Notes: generated by a model from the sequence alone, not told the origin. DNA of 64,000 bases from an uncultured Verrucomicrobiae bacterium (GCA_963812605.1 CAWEWF010000004.1:160001-224000); one strand, 5' to 3'; numbered from the stretch's first letter, positions 1 through 11,457 are shown. Program-made: numbers and translations.

Positions 1-675
1 GAAATTATGCGGCAGGAACCCCAGCAGCGCGCCCGCCAGCGCCATCGCGATGAGGCAGACAAAATACTGATGCTGGATTCCCGCAATCAGCCCAAACAGT
101 CCCGCGCAGACCAGTCCGATACCCGCGCACAACCCGTCCATGTTGTCGAGAAAGTTCATCGCGTTGGTGATGGTCACGATCCACAACACCGTCAGCACAT
201 AGCTCACGAATGTGCTGTGAATGAAAACCGTGGCCCGGATTCCGGCCAGGGCCACTGACAACGCAATGATGATTTGTGCGATCAATTTTGTCCGCGCCTT
301 GATCTCGTATTTGTCGTCGTACATGCCGAGCGCCACCATCAGGCCGCCGCCGAGCACGATCACAAGCAACTTCGGCCAGACCGAGAAGGCGCCGTCCAAA
401 TACATCTTCACATCGGGCATCTCGATGAAGGGCAGATCCACCCGGCTCGCCAGCGGGAGCAGGAAGAGATAATTGAAGACCACGTTGGCAGCGAACGCGC
501 TGAAAACCGCCGCCCCGCCGAGCAACGGCATCGCTTCCGTATGAATCTTCCGTTCGCTGTCCGGCTGGTCAATGTAATTCCATTGGATGGAGAGTCGCTT
601 GAAAAGTGGCGTAAACAGCAGCGCCAGCCCGAAGCTGACATCGAACACATAGAAATAAACCAGCAGCCAGTGCAT
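1..675 (-). CDS. MraY/WecA-family undecaprenyl-phosphate GlcNAc-1-phosphate transferase (3' end runs off the window)
   Basis: Manual minus-strand translation from ATG at 675: MHWLLVYFYVFD...DQPDSERKIHTEAMPLLGG...LGMYDDKYEI...TNAMNFLDNMDGL. These are the DD and NxxDxxDG motifs of a polytopic glycosyltransferase_4 membrane protein. Confidence 0.88.
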   Translation of the reverse strand, partial: MHWLLVYFYVFDVSFGLALLFTPLFKRLSIQWNYIDQPDSERKIHTEAMPLLGGAAVFSAFAANVVFNYLFLLPLASRVDLPFIEMPDVKMYLDGAFSVWPKLLVIVLGGGLMVALGMYDDKYEIKARTKLIAQIIIALSVALAGIRATVFIHSTFVSYVLTVLWIVTITNAMNFLDNMDGLCAGIGLVCAGLFGLIAGIQHQYFVCLIAMALAGALLGFLPHNF

Positions 676-676
676 G

Positions 677-1835
677 TCAGTACCGCGCCGCCCACAGTCG
701 CCGGTACAACTCGTCGAGTTGTCTCACCATCCGCTCCTCCGAAAAACGCTCCTTGACCAGGTTCCTGCCCTGCGCGGCCATTCTATTGGCCAGGGCTGTG
801 TCCTGCAACAACCGAATCACCGCGTTGGCCAATCCGTTCACATCCCCGGCCCGCACGAGCAAGCCGGTCTCTCCGTCAACGCATACCTCGCGCGCGCCGT
901 CCACGTCGAACGCCACGACCGGCTTTCCGGCCGCGAGCGCCTGTGGTAACGCCCGCGGTAGGCCCTCGCGCAACGACAAGTGCACCAGCAGGTCCATCGA
1001 GGCCACGTACCGCGGAATCTCGTTCGGCGGGACGAGACCCGCAAAAACAAAATAACCGCGCAGGTTCATTTCCGTTGCGAGACGTTCAAATCGTTCCCGA
1101 TAAATTCCATCCCCGACCAACAGAAATTTGACATTGGGCACGGCCGCGACAATGCGCGGCGCCGCCTCGAAGAGAAACTCGTGCCCTTTTAGACGGAACA
1201 GGCGGGCAATCTTGCCGACCACAAGATCCCCCGGGGAGATCCCGAGGGATTCACGCAGCGAATCATCACGTCGTGCATCGAGAAACGCATCGATATTCAT
1301 GCCACTGTGGATGGTCGTGTACCGGTCAGGCGCGCCGATGCCCGCCGCCAGATATTGCTCGGTCATCGCGTCCGCGACGGAGACAAATTGCGTCGTGCAT
1401 TCACCCGCCACTTGTTCCGCCCAGCGGAAGATCCAGTTGCCAATCGGATTCTGGTATTCGTAGAAGGACGGCCCGTGAATCGTGTGCACAATGATCGGCA
1501 CCCGGGCCAGTTTCGCGGCGACGCGGCCCGATAAACCCGGCTTTCCCACTGTGCGTGTGGACGACATCGTATCGTTTCCGCACGAACAATCTTCGCAGCG
1601 CGGCGCCCGCACCCAGGTCGTGCAGCGGATTTGGCGCGCGCCGCAGTTCCTCCACGATGATCATTGGCACACCCGCCGCTTTTGCCTGGTCGTACAGCGA
1701 ACCTTCCGGCCCCGTTTGCGGTCCGATTACCAGGTCCACATCGTACCCCAGTTTCCGCAACCCGATACACGTGGATACGGTATTCTCCTGCGCCCCGCCG
1801 ACGATCAACCGCGTAATGACGTGGCAAATTCTCAT
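677..1835 (-). CDS. GT4 glycosyltransferase (frameshift near 1530)
   Basis: N-terminal ORF 1401..1835 (MRICHVITRLIVGGAQ, HTHSGKAG) and C-terminal ORF 677..1612 (KGH, EGLPRALPQALAAGKPVV) form one GT-B enzyme. Confidence 0.88.
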
Positions 1836-1838
1836 GTA

Positions 1839-3875
1839 TTACTTTTCACGCAACTGATAGACGATCCCGCGTCCCGTCCGGTGAACTTCGGTCCCGTAGT
1901 GGTGCAGGGTACTTTGGATGAGGTCCCAATTGGCATCCGCCATGTAATTATAGCCACGTCGCAACCGATCCGTTTCGGCAAAATTCACGTACACATGCGT
2001 GATGCCCCTGTCCCGCAACGCCGCCAGCAGTTCCTCCGACGACTTCGCTTCCTTGCTCATCGCGGTCAACGGCGACTGGTCGAACGCCGTACTCCATACA
2101 GCAGGATGCTTCGCATAATACAAGCGGCCCTCCCCGACGTAGAGAACTTTGGCGCCGCTGGGCAGGTTTTCGTTCATCCAAATGATCGGCTCCAGCACGC
2201 CCTTCCCCATCCGCGCGATGAATTCATCCCGGGTGAATTGTCCGAGCGCACATTGGACGAAATCCATCTGGGGCGGCAAGCGCTCCGGCTTCTCCGTGTC
2301 CACCAAATCATTCAGCGCCAGCGTCGCGAGACTCCCCAGCATGACAACGCCGACAGCAAGGCGGATCGCCCATCGCACCGACCTTTCACGACCGAGCTTC
2401 TCCACCGCGAATGCGCCAACCACGGCCGCCATGCCAAAGGTCGGAAACAGGAACCGCCATGGTCGAAAGGTGAAGCAAAACCAGCTCGCGCAGGCGCCCG
2501 CCACCAACCACCCTGCCCGCTTCGCCGCTGGTTCGCAGCGCGAGACCAGCAGGACCAGCGGCGCCGTCATCAACAGCAGTGGGACTGCGCCCGGCTCGAC
2601 GAAGGAGTAGTTCCACAATAACAAAAAGAATTGCCCGATCGTTCCCCACCCGAATGTTGGATAATGCTTCCCCGAGAACACTGTGGCCTGGGCTGCGCTC
2701 CAATAGGGATTTGGGAACCATTGATGGAATAACGGGTAGACCGGATTGCCCGCCAGCAGCCAATTCTTGACCAGCCACGGCGCAACAACGGCCAGGGCGA
2801 GAAGGCCGAAGGCCGGCAGCAGACGGATTTTCCGGCGGAAGGCCAGCAATACGGCCAGCGGCAAGAATACCACCGGGATCGCCGTCCACTTGGTCGCCAC
2901 CGCCGCGCCGGCGCAAAGGGCCGACAACCAAACAAGCTTGGGGCTTTCTTCCTCGCCCCAAATCACCAACGCGCCGAACGCCAGCATCGCGAAAAACGCG
3001 GTCGCCAGATCAATCCGCGCCGTTTGACCCAGGTCCTGCACGAACGGCGTGCAATAGAACAGCGCCGCTGCCGTCAACCCCACGGCCCGCGACCACAACC
3101 GCCGCCCCACGCCGAACACCGCCAGCGCGCCGAGCAAGCCGAACAGCCAGTGCAACAGCTTCGCCGCGATATCCGAGGTCAGCGTCGTTGCCAACAGGTA
3201 CAACATCTCCGTCAGTTGCGGCAGGTTCGAGTAGAAGTTGTGCGGCAGGAAGACGATGTGGCCCGCGCGTTGATAATCCGCCAGCGCGCCCAGATGATAC
3301 TCGAGTTCATCGTATTCAAACGGCGGCGCCAATGCGCCCGCGAGGTTGAGCGCCGCGGCAATCACGATGCACGCGATCATCCACTTCGCCCAGCCATCGG
3401 TTCGGTCCGTCGAAACCTGGAATTCGCGCAGGAACTTTCGAGGCGCGGGCAAAAACCAGCAGAGCAAGGCAAGACCTACCAGCGGGACTTTCGTGATGGA
3501 AACAGATCCCACCACGAGCACGAGCACGGCGAGAGACCAGAAGCCCACAGCCAGGGCGAACAACACGCCGAGAATATCGCGCTTCGTCACGAGCCGATTC
3601 GTTACCGTCGCGCCCAACCCCAGTGCTGCGGCCACAATCCCGATAAGGCACACAAAGTCATACACCCGCGCAGTCCAGAATTCCTGAAAATGCGGGCCGA
3701 CTTGGAGCGCGGGCAGCGCCGCGGCAAACAGGTTCGCTGCCTGCCAGGGCAGGAGCCACGCGCCGTAGCGAACGAGGTAAATCAGCGCCAGCCCGACCAC
3801 CCAAAGGATCGCGAGCAGTCGCGCGAATTCAGGACGAAGCCACGGGGACGCGGCGCGATCCGAAGTGGTCTGCAT
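1839..3875 (-). CDS. ArnT/PMT-like (GT39/GT83) polytopic membrane glycosyltransferase
   Basis: 678 aa with many TM helices and the motifs YDELEYH, ARIDL and GNPVYP, typical of GT-C fold enzymes. Confidence 0.7.
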   Translation of the reverse strand: MQTTSDRAASPWLRPEFARLLAILWVVGLALIYLVRYGAWLLPWQAANLFAAALPALQVGPHFQEFWTARVYDFVCLIGIVAAALGLGATVTNRLVTKRDILGVLFALAVGFWSLAVLVLVVGSVSITKVPLVGLALLCWFLPAPRKFLREFQVSTDRTDGWAKWMIACIVIAAALNLAGALAPPFEYDELEYHLGALADYQRAGHIVFLPHNFYSNLPQLTEMLYLLATTLTSDIAAKLLHWLFGLLGALAVFGVGRRLWSRAVGLTAAALFYCTPFVQDLGQTARIDLATAFFAMLAFGALVIWGEEESPKLVWLSALCAGAAVATKWTAIPVVFLPLAVLLAFRRKIRLLPAFGLLALAVVAPWLVKNWLLAGNPVYPLFHQWFPNPYWSAAQATVFSGKHYPTFGWGTIGQFFLLLWNYSFVEPGAVPLLLMTAPLVLLVSRCEPAAKRAGWLVAGACASWFCFTFRPWRFLFPTFGMAAVVGAFAVEKLGRERSVRWAIRLAVGVVMLGSLATLALNDLVDTEKPERLPPQMDFVQCALGQFTRDEFIARMGKGVLEPIIWMNENLPSGAKVLYVGEGRLYYAKHPAVWSTAFDQSPLTAMSKEAKSSEELLAALRDRGITHVYVNFAETDRLRRGYNYMADANWDLIQSTLHHYGTEVHRTGRGIVYQLREK

Positions 3876-3942
3876 TGGCCGCCATTGTAGCGGTCAATGT
3901 CAGATGCGCAAGCCGACTAGTTGTGGCGCCCTTGGAGCGCTC

Positions 3943-4860
3943 TCATCCCAGAATCGAACCCACCTTCACCTCGTGTCCCCGCAAGAAGGCGTCGATGGGC
4001 ATGCGTTTGCTGTTGGCGGGTTGAAGTTCCTGGATGCGTACGCCGCCCTGGCCGGTGGCGACAATGAAATCCGCCAGCAATTCGCCGGGGTTGCCGGAAA
4101 CACCTTCGACGACCTCGACCTTCCATACTTTCAACAACAAATCGCCGAGGCGCGTGTGAGTGCCGGGCCACGGATCGAAAGCACGAACCTGCCGCTCAAT
4201 CTCGACGGCGGAACGCGTCCAATTGACACGGCCATCTTCCTTCGCGATTTTTTTTGAGTACGTGGCGCGGGTCTCGTCCTGTTTCGCGCGCGGGGCTTTG
4301 CCCTCGGCGATCAACCCCACCGTTTCCACCAACAAATCGCCCCCCAGTTTTGCGAGGCGATCGTGCAAGGTGGCACTGGTGTCGTCGGCGTGGATCAGTT
4401 GCGCGCGCTGAAGGATGATGTCGCCGGTGTCCATGTTTTCGTCCAAATACATTGTTGTGACTCCCGTCTCGTGGTCGCCATGAAGGATCGCGTATTGGAT
4501 TGGCGCGGCGCCCCGCCAACGCGGCAGCAGCGAAGTGTGAACGTTGATGCACCCAAGCGGCGGGATTTCCAGGACCGCTTTCGGCAGAATCTGGCCGTAG
4601 GCGACAATAATAATGAGGTCGGGCCGGGCCGCCCGCAGGGAATCGATGGCAGCAGGTTCGCGAATCTTAGCGGGCTGCTGAAAGAGAAGACCAAGACGTT
4701 CCGCCGCAACTTTCACGGGTGGCGGTGTGGGTTTAAGGTCACGTCCTTTCGGGCGATCCGGTTGGGTGACTACAACGACGATGTCGTTCCCGGGCACTTT
4801 TGCTACGGCCTCGAGGCTCGGGCAGGCAAGTTCGGCTGTTCCCATAAAAACGATGCGCAT
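3943..4860 (-). CDS. fmt: Methionyl-tRNA formyltransferase
   Basis: MRIVFMGT, VVTQPDRPKGR, INVHTSLLPRWRGAAPIQ, MDTGD. Confidence 0.97.
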   Translation of the reverse strand: MRIVFMGTAELACPSLEAVAKVPGNDIVVVVTQPDRPKGRDLKPTPPPVKVAAERLGLLFQQPAKIREPAAIDSLRAARPDLIIIVAYGQILPKAVLEIPPLGCINVHTSLLPRWRGAAPIQYAILHGDHETGVTTMYLDENMDTGDIILQRAQLIHADDTSATLHDRLAKLGGDLLVETVGLIAEGKAPRAKQDETRATYSKKIAKEDGRVNWTRSAVEIERQVRAFDPWPGTHTRLGDLLLKVWKVEVVEGVSGNPGELLADFIVATGQGGVRIQELQPANSKRMPIDAFLRGHEVKVGSILG

Positions 4861-4913
4861 GACGGGTCAGCCCTAACAGAGCCGCCGGTGAAATTCAAGC
4901 GTGCTGCCACCCC

Positions 4914-4952
4914 AAAAAGAGGATGGGCGAGAGGTGATGCCCCTCGCCCATC
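4914..4952 (-). terminator. Rho-independent terminator
   Basis: Stem GATGGGCGAG (4922-4931) / CTCGCCCATC (4943-4952), followed on the minus strand by CTCTTTTT, just downstream of the stop at 4974. Confidence 0.65.
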
Positions 4953-4973
4953 AGTCAACGATCGTATTCTTCG

Positions 4974-5681
4974 TTATGGAAGGAGTTGACGTCTCAGCGT
5001 CATGTGTCCGGCTGGAAGAAGCGTGACGTTGGTCGTGCCACCTTCAAAAATGACGTTAACAACGCCAATCAGGTGGGCGTCTCCGGCAATCTCCTTGTCC
5101 TTGACCTTGTCGTCGGTGTTCTTGACAGATATGTCCCCAAAGGTCTTGTCTTGTGAGCGATCCGTGTCCACCAGTACCGCTCGCGGACAACCGTTGGTGG
5201 GATTCAGATAAACCCTGCCAGCAACCGTCAGGAAGCCACCCACCAGGAAGCCGTTGGTATTCACAGCCATTCGCATGACGAACCGTTCGTGGTTGGGACC
5301 CGGCGCAGAAGGGTCGTCCTGGCCCGTCAACACATCGATGTTTGTGCTGCCGGCAATGTCCACAACGTTGCTTAACAGACTCGTGTCGAAGACGACCAAT
5401 CTCGCGAGCGTTGAATCGCAACTAATCTCCAACCCCAGCACACGATTGGTCTCCACGGTCGTAAGGGCTTGACCCAAAGCCAGGTTAACCAGGTCATGGC
5501 CTGCAAACGTATCGAACGCGAGCAGGGCCGTATTGGTCGCTACTGGATTCGGCACCTGAAACACCGCGTTCACTGCCGCCGTGTCCCGAAACGTGCCCGC
5601 GACGACCGGGGCCCCTAATGCTGTCAGGACCGCGACCACTAAGGCCGCTGCCCCAATTGCAATCCATTGTTTTGCTTTCAT
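4974..5681 (-). CDS. Secreted hypothetical protein
   Basis: ORF with signal peptide MKAKQWIAIGAAALVVAVL, a beta-rich body and its own terminator. No family recognised. Confidence 0.7.
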   Translation of the reverse strand: MKAKQWIAIGAAALVVAVLTALGAPVVAGTFRDTAAVNAVFQVPNPVATNTALLAFDTFAGHDLVNLALGQALTTVETNRVLGLEISCDSTLARLVVFDTSLLSNVVDIAGSTNIDVLTGQDDPSAPGPNHERFVMRMAVNTNGFLVGGFLTVAGRVYLNPTNGCPRAVLVDTDRSQDKTFGDISVKNTDDKVKDKEIAGDAHLIGVVNVIFEGGTTNVTLLPAGHMTLRRQLLP

Positions 5682-5904
5682 CGTATAAGTTGCTCCTTGC
5701 TCGGTTTTTTTCTGGTCAGGATCGCTGGCCGAGTACACGATCCAGACTTCTGCTCACGTGCACGGTTAAACACCGCCCATCGTTGCAGGTTTCTGTCCCC
5801 ATAAGACTGGCGTATCCTAGCATACGGACATGGTTGTTTCCACGAAAAAGCGAGCTTTTGTCAGAAAATGCCACTCGTTTCCAGAGAACAATTGGCCCGC
5901 CAGG

Positions 5905-6546
5905 TCAATTCCTCGCGCCCACAGCGGGCGATGGCGGCGGAATTTCGCGCATCTCCTGGAAGCGGCCGAGAATGGCGCTGAGAATGTCATGGGCAACTTC
6001 AATGGGCGTTTGCAGCGCATTGACATCCACGCTGATTTCCCTCGGATAATGGGCCAGTAGGGGCCGCGATTCCTTCTCGTAAATATCCAGCCGATGACGA
6101 ATCGTCTGGTCATTGGCGTCGTCGAGCCTGTTCTCTTTCAGGGCACGGGATTTAAGGCGGCGGACCATCTCCTCGCGATCATGGACCGCGCGCAAAGAGA
6201 TCAATTTCACCACTTCGATGTATTGATCGAGCATCTTCGCCTGATGAATATTTCGCGGGATGCCGTCCAGAACCAGAATGGAGGCGGCGGGGTTGAGGGC
6301 CCCCGTGTGGATGAGCTTGTCGATGTGTTCCCGCCATAAACGCACGGTGAAATCATCCGGGACCAACTCCCCCTTGCTCGAGTATTGGAGGAAGACCTTC
6401 CCAACTTCGCTGTTGAGATCAATAGAGCGAAAGACATTGCCGCAAGCGAGGTGGTGGAAGCCGGGCAGTGTGCCAAGCATTTTGCCCTGGGTGCCTTTGC
6501 CGCTACCGGGGGAGCCGAACAAAAGAATCGTTTTGATCTTTTCCAT
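5905..6546 (-). CDS. adk: Adenylate kinase family protein
   Basis: P-loop GSPGSGKGTQG, GELVPDD, LDGIPR, RLDDA. Confidence 0.9.
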   Translation of the reverse strand: MEKIKTILLFGSPGSGKGTQGKMLGTLPGFHHLACGNVFRSIDLNSEVGKVFLQYSSKGELVPDDFTVRLWREHIDKLIHTGALNPAASILVLDGIPRNIHQAKMLDQYIEVVKLISLRAVHDREEMVRRLKSRALKENRLDDANDQTIRHRLDIYEKESRPLLAHYPREISVDVNALQTPIEVAHDILSAILGRFQEMREIPPPSPAVGARN

Positions 6547-6563
6547 GGGGCCCGTTTTCCTCT

Positions 6564-7637
6564 CTAGTTCAATAACTGATACCAATTATCGCGCCGATGC
6601 GGCTCGTACCCAAGTTCCCGGATCAATCGCTGCATGGTTTCTTCGTTGATGCGGAACGTGGCTCCGGCCTGCGACACCACGTTCTCTTCCATCATCACGC
6701 TGCCGAAATCGTTCGCGCCGTACTTCAGCGCAATCTGCCCGATTTGCGGTCCCTGGGTCACCCAACTGGATTGCACATTCGAGAAATTATCCAGGAAAAT
6801 ACGCGAGAGTGCCTGCGTCCGCAGGTACTCATGCGACCCGACCGACGGCACCTTCAGGCGGGTGTTCTCGCTCTGGAACGTCCAGCAGATGTACGCCGTG
6901 AAGCCGTGGGTGCGGTCTTGCAAATCGCGGAGTCGCACCAGGTGTTCGACGCGATCTTCGATGGTCTCCACGTGCCCGAACATCATCGTCGCCGACGAGT
7001 TCAAGCCAAGGCCGTGGGCGATCTCCATCACGCGCAGCCATTCGTCGCTGGTGCACTTCAACGGCGCAATCCGCTGGCGCACGCGGTCAACCAGAATTTC
7101 GCCGCCGCCGCCGGGGATGGAACCCAGCCCGGCCTCCTTGAATCTGCGAATCACTTCTTCGACGGGCATGCTGAAGACTTTGGCGAAATGGTTGAACTCC
7201 GGTGGCGAGAAACCGTGGATATTTACCTGGGGAAAGTTGCGGCGAATGTACTGCAGCAGGTTCAGGTAGTAGTCGATCCCGAGTTTTGGATGATGGCCGC
7301 CCTGCATCAAGATCTGGACGCCACCGATCGCCACCAATTCCTTGATCTTCTCACCGATCTGCTCGGGTGTGAGCACGTAGGAATCGTCGTCACGCTCCTC
7401 GCGCATGAAGGCGCAGAAAGTGCAATACACGTCGCAGACATTCGTGTAATTGATGTTGCGGTCAATGATGTAGGTAACCCGTCGCTCCGGATGCTTTTGC
7501 TCGCGCACCACATCCGCCAGCGCGCCCAATTCCGGAAGCGTGAAGGCGTGATAGAGCCGGATGGCTTCGGCGGGCGTAATCCGCGCGCCGTCGCAGACCT
7601 TGCCCTGAATCGTATCAAGCGACGTATCGTAAATCAT
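6564..7637 (-). CDS. mqnC: Cyclic dehypoxanthinyl futalosine synthase (radical SAM)
   Basis: RNINYTNVCDVYCTFCAF, QILMQGGHHP, GGGGEIL, QSSWVTQG, GANDFGSVMMEENV; lies in the mqn cluster. Confidence 0.93.
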   Translation of the reverse strand: MIYDTSLDTIQGKVCDGARITPAEAIRLYHAFTLPELGALADVVREQKHPERRVTYIIDRNINYTNVCDVYCTFCAFMREERDDDSYVLTPEQIGEKIKELVAIGGVQILMQGGHHPKLGIDYYLNLLQYIRRNFPQVNIHGFSPPEFNHFAKVFSMPVEEVIRRFKEAGLGSIPGGGGEILVDRVRQRIAPLKCTSDEWLRVMEIAHGLGLNSSATMMFGHVETIEDRVEHLVRLRDLQDRTHGFTAYICWTFQSENTRLKVPSVGSHEYLRTQALSRIFLDNFSNVQSSWVTQGPQIGQIALKYGANDFGSVMMEENVVSQAGATFRINEETMQRLIRELGYEPHRRDNWYQLLN

Positions 7638-8388
7638 GACAGTCGTCCACCAACCGCATTTCCTTCAAGTATTGCTGGAACCGCCGAATTCCCTGCTTCT
7701 CCGCCGCGCCCAACTCGTACGACAAATTCTTCGTCAGGTATTCGCGACGAACTTCCGGTGTCGCTTCCGTCGCATCTTGCACAATGCGTTCGATATTCGC
7801 AAGCCCTTGGGCCTTGGCGGCACGCAGCGGGCCACCGAGCGCATTCCCATCCACCCCGCGGCGCAAGGCCCACGCCGCAAAGACAAACGGCAAACCGGTC
7901 AATTCCACCCAGGCTTCGCCGAGATCGAGGATCGGTTGCGAGCCGTTCCGGGTACGATACCAGAGCGCCTCGTCGCCGATCAACATCATCGCCTCATGCT
8001 CCGACAATTTGCCGCCTTCGGGCCGCGGATAGAACTCCGGGGTCACGTTGTAGCCGTATTGGAGAATGATGCGCACCAGCCAGGCCGATGTGCGCGATGC
8101 CGTGTCCACCGCTACGCGCTTCAGTTTTTCGACGGGCTCGCGGTGGACCAGATACACGCTTTGAATCGGGCCCCGTGTGGCGACGGCAATCCCGTCCAGA
8201 ACATCGTAACGGTCGTGCTGGATGACCTCGGCAATCGGCACCAGCCCCGCGTCGAATTGTCCGCGGAACATCAAATCCGCCAACCGTGACGGCGGCGACA
8301 GCGTGACCTGGTCTTCGATTCCGTAAATGAGCGGACGCGCGTTCAGATACGGCACACTGCCAATCCGCCACGGCAATCCCACGCTCAT
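7615..8388 (-). CDS. mqnA: Chorismate dehydratase (futalosine pathway)
   Basis: IGSVPYLNARPL, SRTS, LIGDEAL, DLGEAW..LTGLPFVFAAW. Confidence 0.92.
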   Translation of the reverse strand: MSVGLPWRIGSVPYLNARPLIYGIEDQVTLSPPSRLADLMFRGQFDAGLVPIAEVIQHDRYDVLDGIAVATRGPIQSVYLVHREPVEKLKRVAVDTASRTSAWLVRIILQYGYNVTPEFYPRPEGGKLSEHEAMMLIGDEALWYRTRNGSQPILDLGEAWVELTGLPFVFAAWALRRGVDGNALGGPLRAAKAQGLANIERIVQDATEATPEVRREYLTKNLSYELGAAEKQGIRRFQQYLKEMRLVDDCHDLRYVA

Positions 8389-9588
8389 GCTGCTCCTCCT
8401 TCGTTGCTGGCGCCGGCGTAGGCGGTTTCGGTCGGGAAAACTGGCGCACGGCTCGCCCCGTCGCGCGGCGGTGCAAGCACGCTGCTCTCTGCCTTGTCTA
8501 TGTTCACTAGCCGATACAGACTGTCGCGCTGGACGGGTTCACGGCCCGTTTCACGAATCGTTTTCACCAATTCTTCGCGCGCCATTTCCTGGGGGGTTTT
8601 CGCGCCGGCCATGTGGTAAATCTTTTCTTCTATCACGGTGCCGTCCAGATCGTCCACGCCATAGCTCAAGGAAACCTGCGCGAGTTTCAGGCCCATTAAA
8701 ATCCAGTACGCCTTGATGTGGTCGATATTGTCGAGATAAATGCGGGCGATCGCCAGCGTCTTCAACATATCGTAGCCGCTCGGGCCCGTGACCTCGGGCA
8801 GCTTGGTATTATCGGGATGAAACGCCAGCGTCACAAAGGCTGTGAAGCCGCCGGTTTCAGCCTGTAATTCCCGCAAGCCGCCGCAGATGATCCACGCGGT
8901 GATGCTCTTTTTCGACATGGCCAATCAACATCGTGCAGGTCGAACGTCCGCCCATCTTGTGCCAGAGACGGTGAACATCGAGCCATTCCTCTGCGGATTC
9001 CTTGGCGTGGCAAATCACGCTGCGGACTTCAGGATCGAAAATCTCCGCGCCGCCACCCGTCAACGAGCCAAGCCCGGCCTCGCGCAAAGCGGCGAGAGTT
9101 TCGGGGACGCTGCGTTTGCCCACCCACGACAGGTGCAAAATCTCAATGGCGGTGAATGCCTTCAGGTGCAACCTTGGATCCAGCGCCTTCAGCGAACGCA
9201 GCATATCGACGTAGTAGTCCCATTTGAAAGAAGGATGCAGCCCGCCGACGATGTGAATTTCCGTGACGCCGAGCTTGAGCGCCTCCTGCGCTTTCTCGAT
9301 CATTTGCGGAAGGTTGTATTCGTAAGCGCCCGCATCGCGCCGCCGCCGATAAAACGCGCAAAAATCGCAATCGAGAATGCAAATGTTGGAGTAATTGATG
9401 TGGCGGTTGAGAATGTAGTACGCGACGTTGCCGTTCTTGCGCTCGCGCACGATGTTCGCCATCGCGCCGATGGCCGCCAGGTCCTGCGAACGGTAGAGGC
9501 GCAGGCAGTCGTCCTCATTGATGCGTTGGACCGCTTCAACCTTCTCGTAAATGTCCCGCAACTCCGAACGCTCAAGCAACTTGTTCAT
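8385..9588 (-). CDS. mqnE: Aminofutalosine synthase (radical SAM; frameshift near 8875)
   Basis: NYSNICILDCDFCAF, EIHIVGGLHP and HLKAFTAIEI in 8857..9588; HIKAYWI and DDLDGTVIEEKIYHMAGA in 8385..8924. Confidence 0.9.
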
Positions 9589-10445
9589 TGTAAAGCCACA
9601 TCGACCACGACCGCTCCGAGAAAGACGGCACTAATGAGCGCATTCATGCGAAAAAACGCCACATTCAGGCTGATCGGATCGCGCTTTCTCGCCAGCAGAT
9701 GCTGTGCGACCAAACAGACCAGGATGATCCCAAGCCCAAGGTAGTATGGCACGCGAAGGCTTGAAATCAACCCGAAAGCCAGCAGCAAAGCAGCCATGAT
9801 GGCGTGCGCTGCGCGCGCCACACGCAGGCTCGGGGCAATCCCCAGTCGCACCGGCAAAGAATGCAACCCCTGCGACTTGTCGAATTCCCAATCCTGGGTC
9901 GCGTAAATGATGTCAAACCCCACCAACCAGAACACCACCGCCAGGGCGAGCACGCACGGCGGCCAATCAAATCTTCCGCGCACCGCCAGCCACGCGCCCA
10001 GCGGGGCAATCCCGAGAGCGAGTCCCAAAAATACGTGTGAGAAGTCCGTGAACCGTTTCGTGAACGAGTAAAAAAATACGATCAGCAACGCAAGCGGTGA
10101 GAGATAACCGCATAACGGGTTGATAAGCCAGGACACATACCCCAACCCCAGCGCGCTTACGATGACCAGTCCCCATGCGTTCAACAGCGGGATCTGTCCC
10201 GCCGGCAAATGGCGTTGCGCGGTGCGCGGATTCAGCGCATCCAGTCGGCGATCAACAATGCGATTAAACCCCATCGCCGCCGTCCGCGCGCACACCATCG
10301 CCGCCAGGATCAGCAGAAATACTCGCCAGCCCGGCCAGCCGCGGTCAACTTTTGCCGCGACCACCATCGATGCCAACGCAAACGGCAACGCAAACACCGT
10401 GTGTGAAAAGCGCACGAACTCGAAGTATTTTCGGATGTGGAACAC
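9585..10445 (-). CDS. ubiA: UbiA-family prenyltransferase (MqnP-type)
   Basis: FSHTVFALPFA, NRIVDRRLDALNPRT, YSFTKRFT, GFDIIYATQD; adjacent to mqnE. Confidence 0.9.
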   Translation of the reverse strand: MFHIRKYFEFVRFSHTVFALPFALASMVVAAKVDRGWPGWRVFLLILAAMVCARTAAMGFNRIVDRRLDALNPRTAQRHLPAGQIPLLNAWGLVIVSALGLGYVSWLINPLCGYLSPLALLIVFFYSFTKRFTDFSHVFLGLALGIAPLGAWLAVRGRFDWPPCVLALAVVFWLVGFDIIYATQDWEFDKSQGLHSLPVRLGIAPSLRVARAAHAIMAALLLAFGLISSLRVPYYLGLGIILVCLVAQHLLARKRDPISLNVAFFRMNALISAVFLGAVVVDVALQ

Positions 10446-10512
10446 TCATTTCTTCTAACACAAGCCTGCGAAGACATAGAAGAACGAACTGGATTTTGCT
10501 AGGTTGAAGGTC

Positions 10513-11446
10513 ATGCAGCGAAGCTATGCGATTATCGGCACAGGGGCGCTTGGCGGGTTTTATGGCGCGCGACTGCAACGCGCTGGTTGCGAGCTGCATT
10601 TCCTGTTGCACGGCGACTATGAATATGTGCGGCAGCACGGCTTGATTTGCGAATCGCCCGACGGTGATTTCACGTTGCCACGGGTGAATGCCTACAGGGA
10701 TGTGCGCGACATGCCCAAATGCGATGTCGTTTGTGTGTGCCTGAAAACCACCCAGAACCACTTGCTCCCCGAATTGCTGCCGTCGGTCGTGAAAGACGAT
10801 GGCGTGGTGCTTGTCATGCAAAACGGGCTCGGCATGGAGGCGCAGGTCGCGGAGATTGTCGGGGCGCAGCGCGTCGTCGGGGGGTTGTGTTTTCTCTGCT
10901 CCAACAAAGTCGGGCCAGGACACATCCGTCATCTGGGCTACACCCTGGTTGCACTCGCTGAATTTGCCACGCGCGGGATTAGCCCGCGCCTGCGCACGAT
11001 CGCCGACGATCTTCAGCGCGCCAATGTCGAAACCGAGCTGGCGGAGGACATCGACGTCGTTCGCTGGCAAAAGCTGGTGTGGAACATTCCCTATAACGGG
11101 CTTTCGGTGGTTCTCGACGCGACGACCACGGAATTGATGGCCCATCCGCAAAGCCGCCGACTCGTCGAGGCGATCATGCGAGAAGTGGTGGACGGTGCGC
11201 GAGCGTGCGGGGTGGCTGTCGCGGACAACATCATCGAGAGGATGCTCGCCAACACGGAAAAAATGACGCCGTATCGCACGAGCATGAAGATCGACTATGA
11301 CGACCACCGCCCGCTGGAGATCGAAGCCATTTTCGGCAATCCTCTGCGGGCCATCCAAGGGGCGGGAGCCGTCGTCGCCGTTACTCGAACAACTCTACGC
11401 CGCGCTCGCGTTTCTGGATGCAAGAAATGTTGCCGTGCCGCGCTGA
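10513..11446 (+). CDS. panE: 2-dehydropantoate 2-reductase (ApbA/PanE family; frameshift near 11370)
   Basis: GTGALGGFYG, QNGLG, WQKLVWNIPYNGLS, TSMKID, EIEAI. The natural C-terminus PLLEQLYAALAFLD..PR* continues in another frame to TGA at 11444-11446. Confidence 0.85.
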
Positions 11447-11457
11447 ATCTGTCGGCT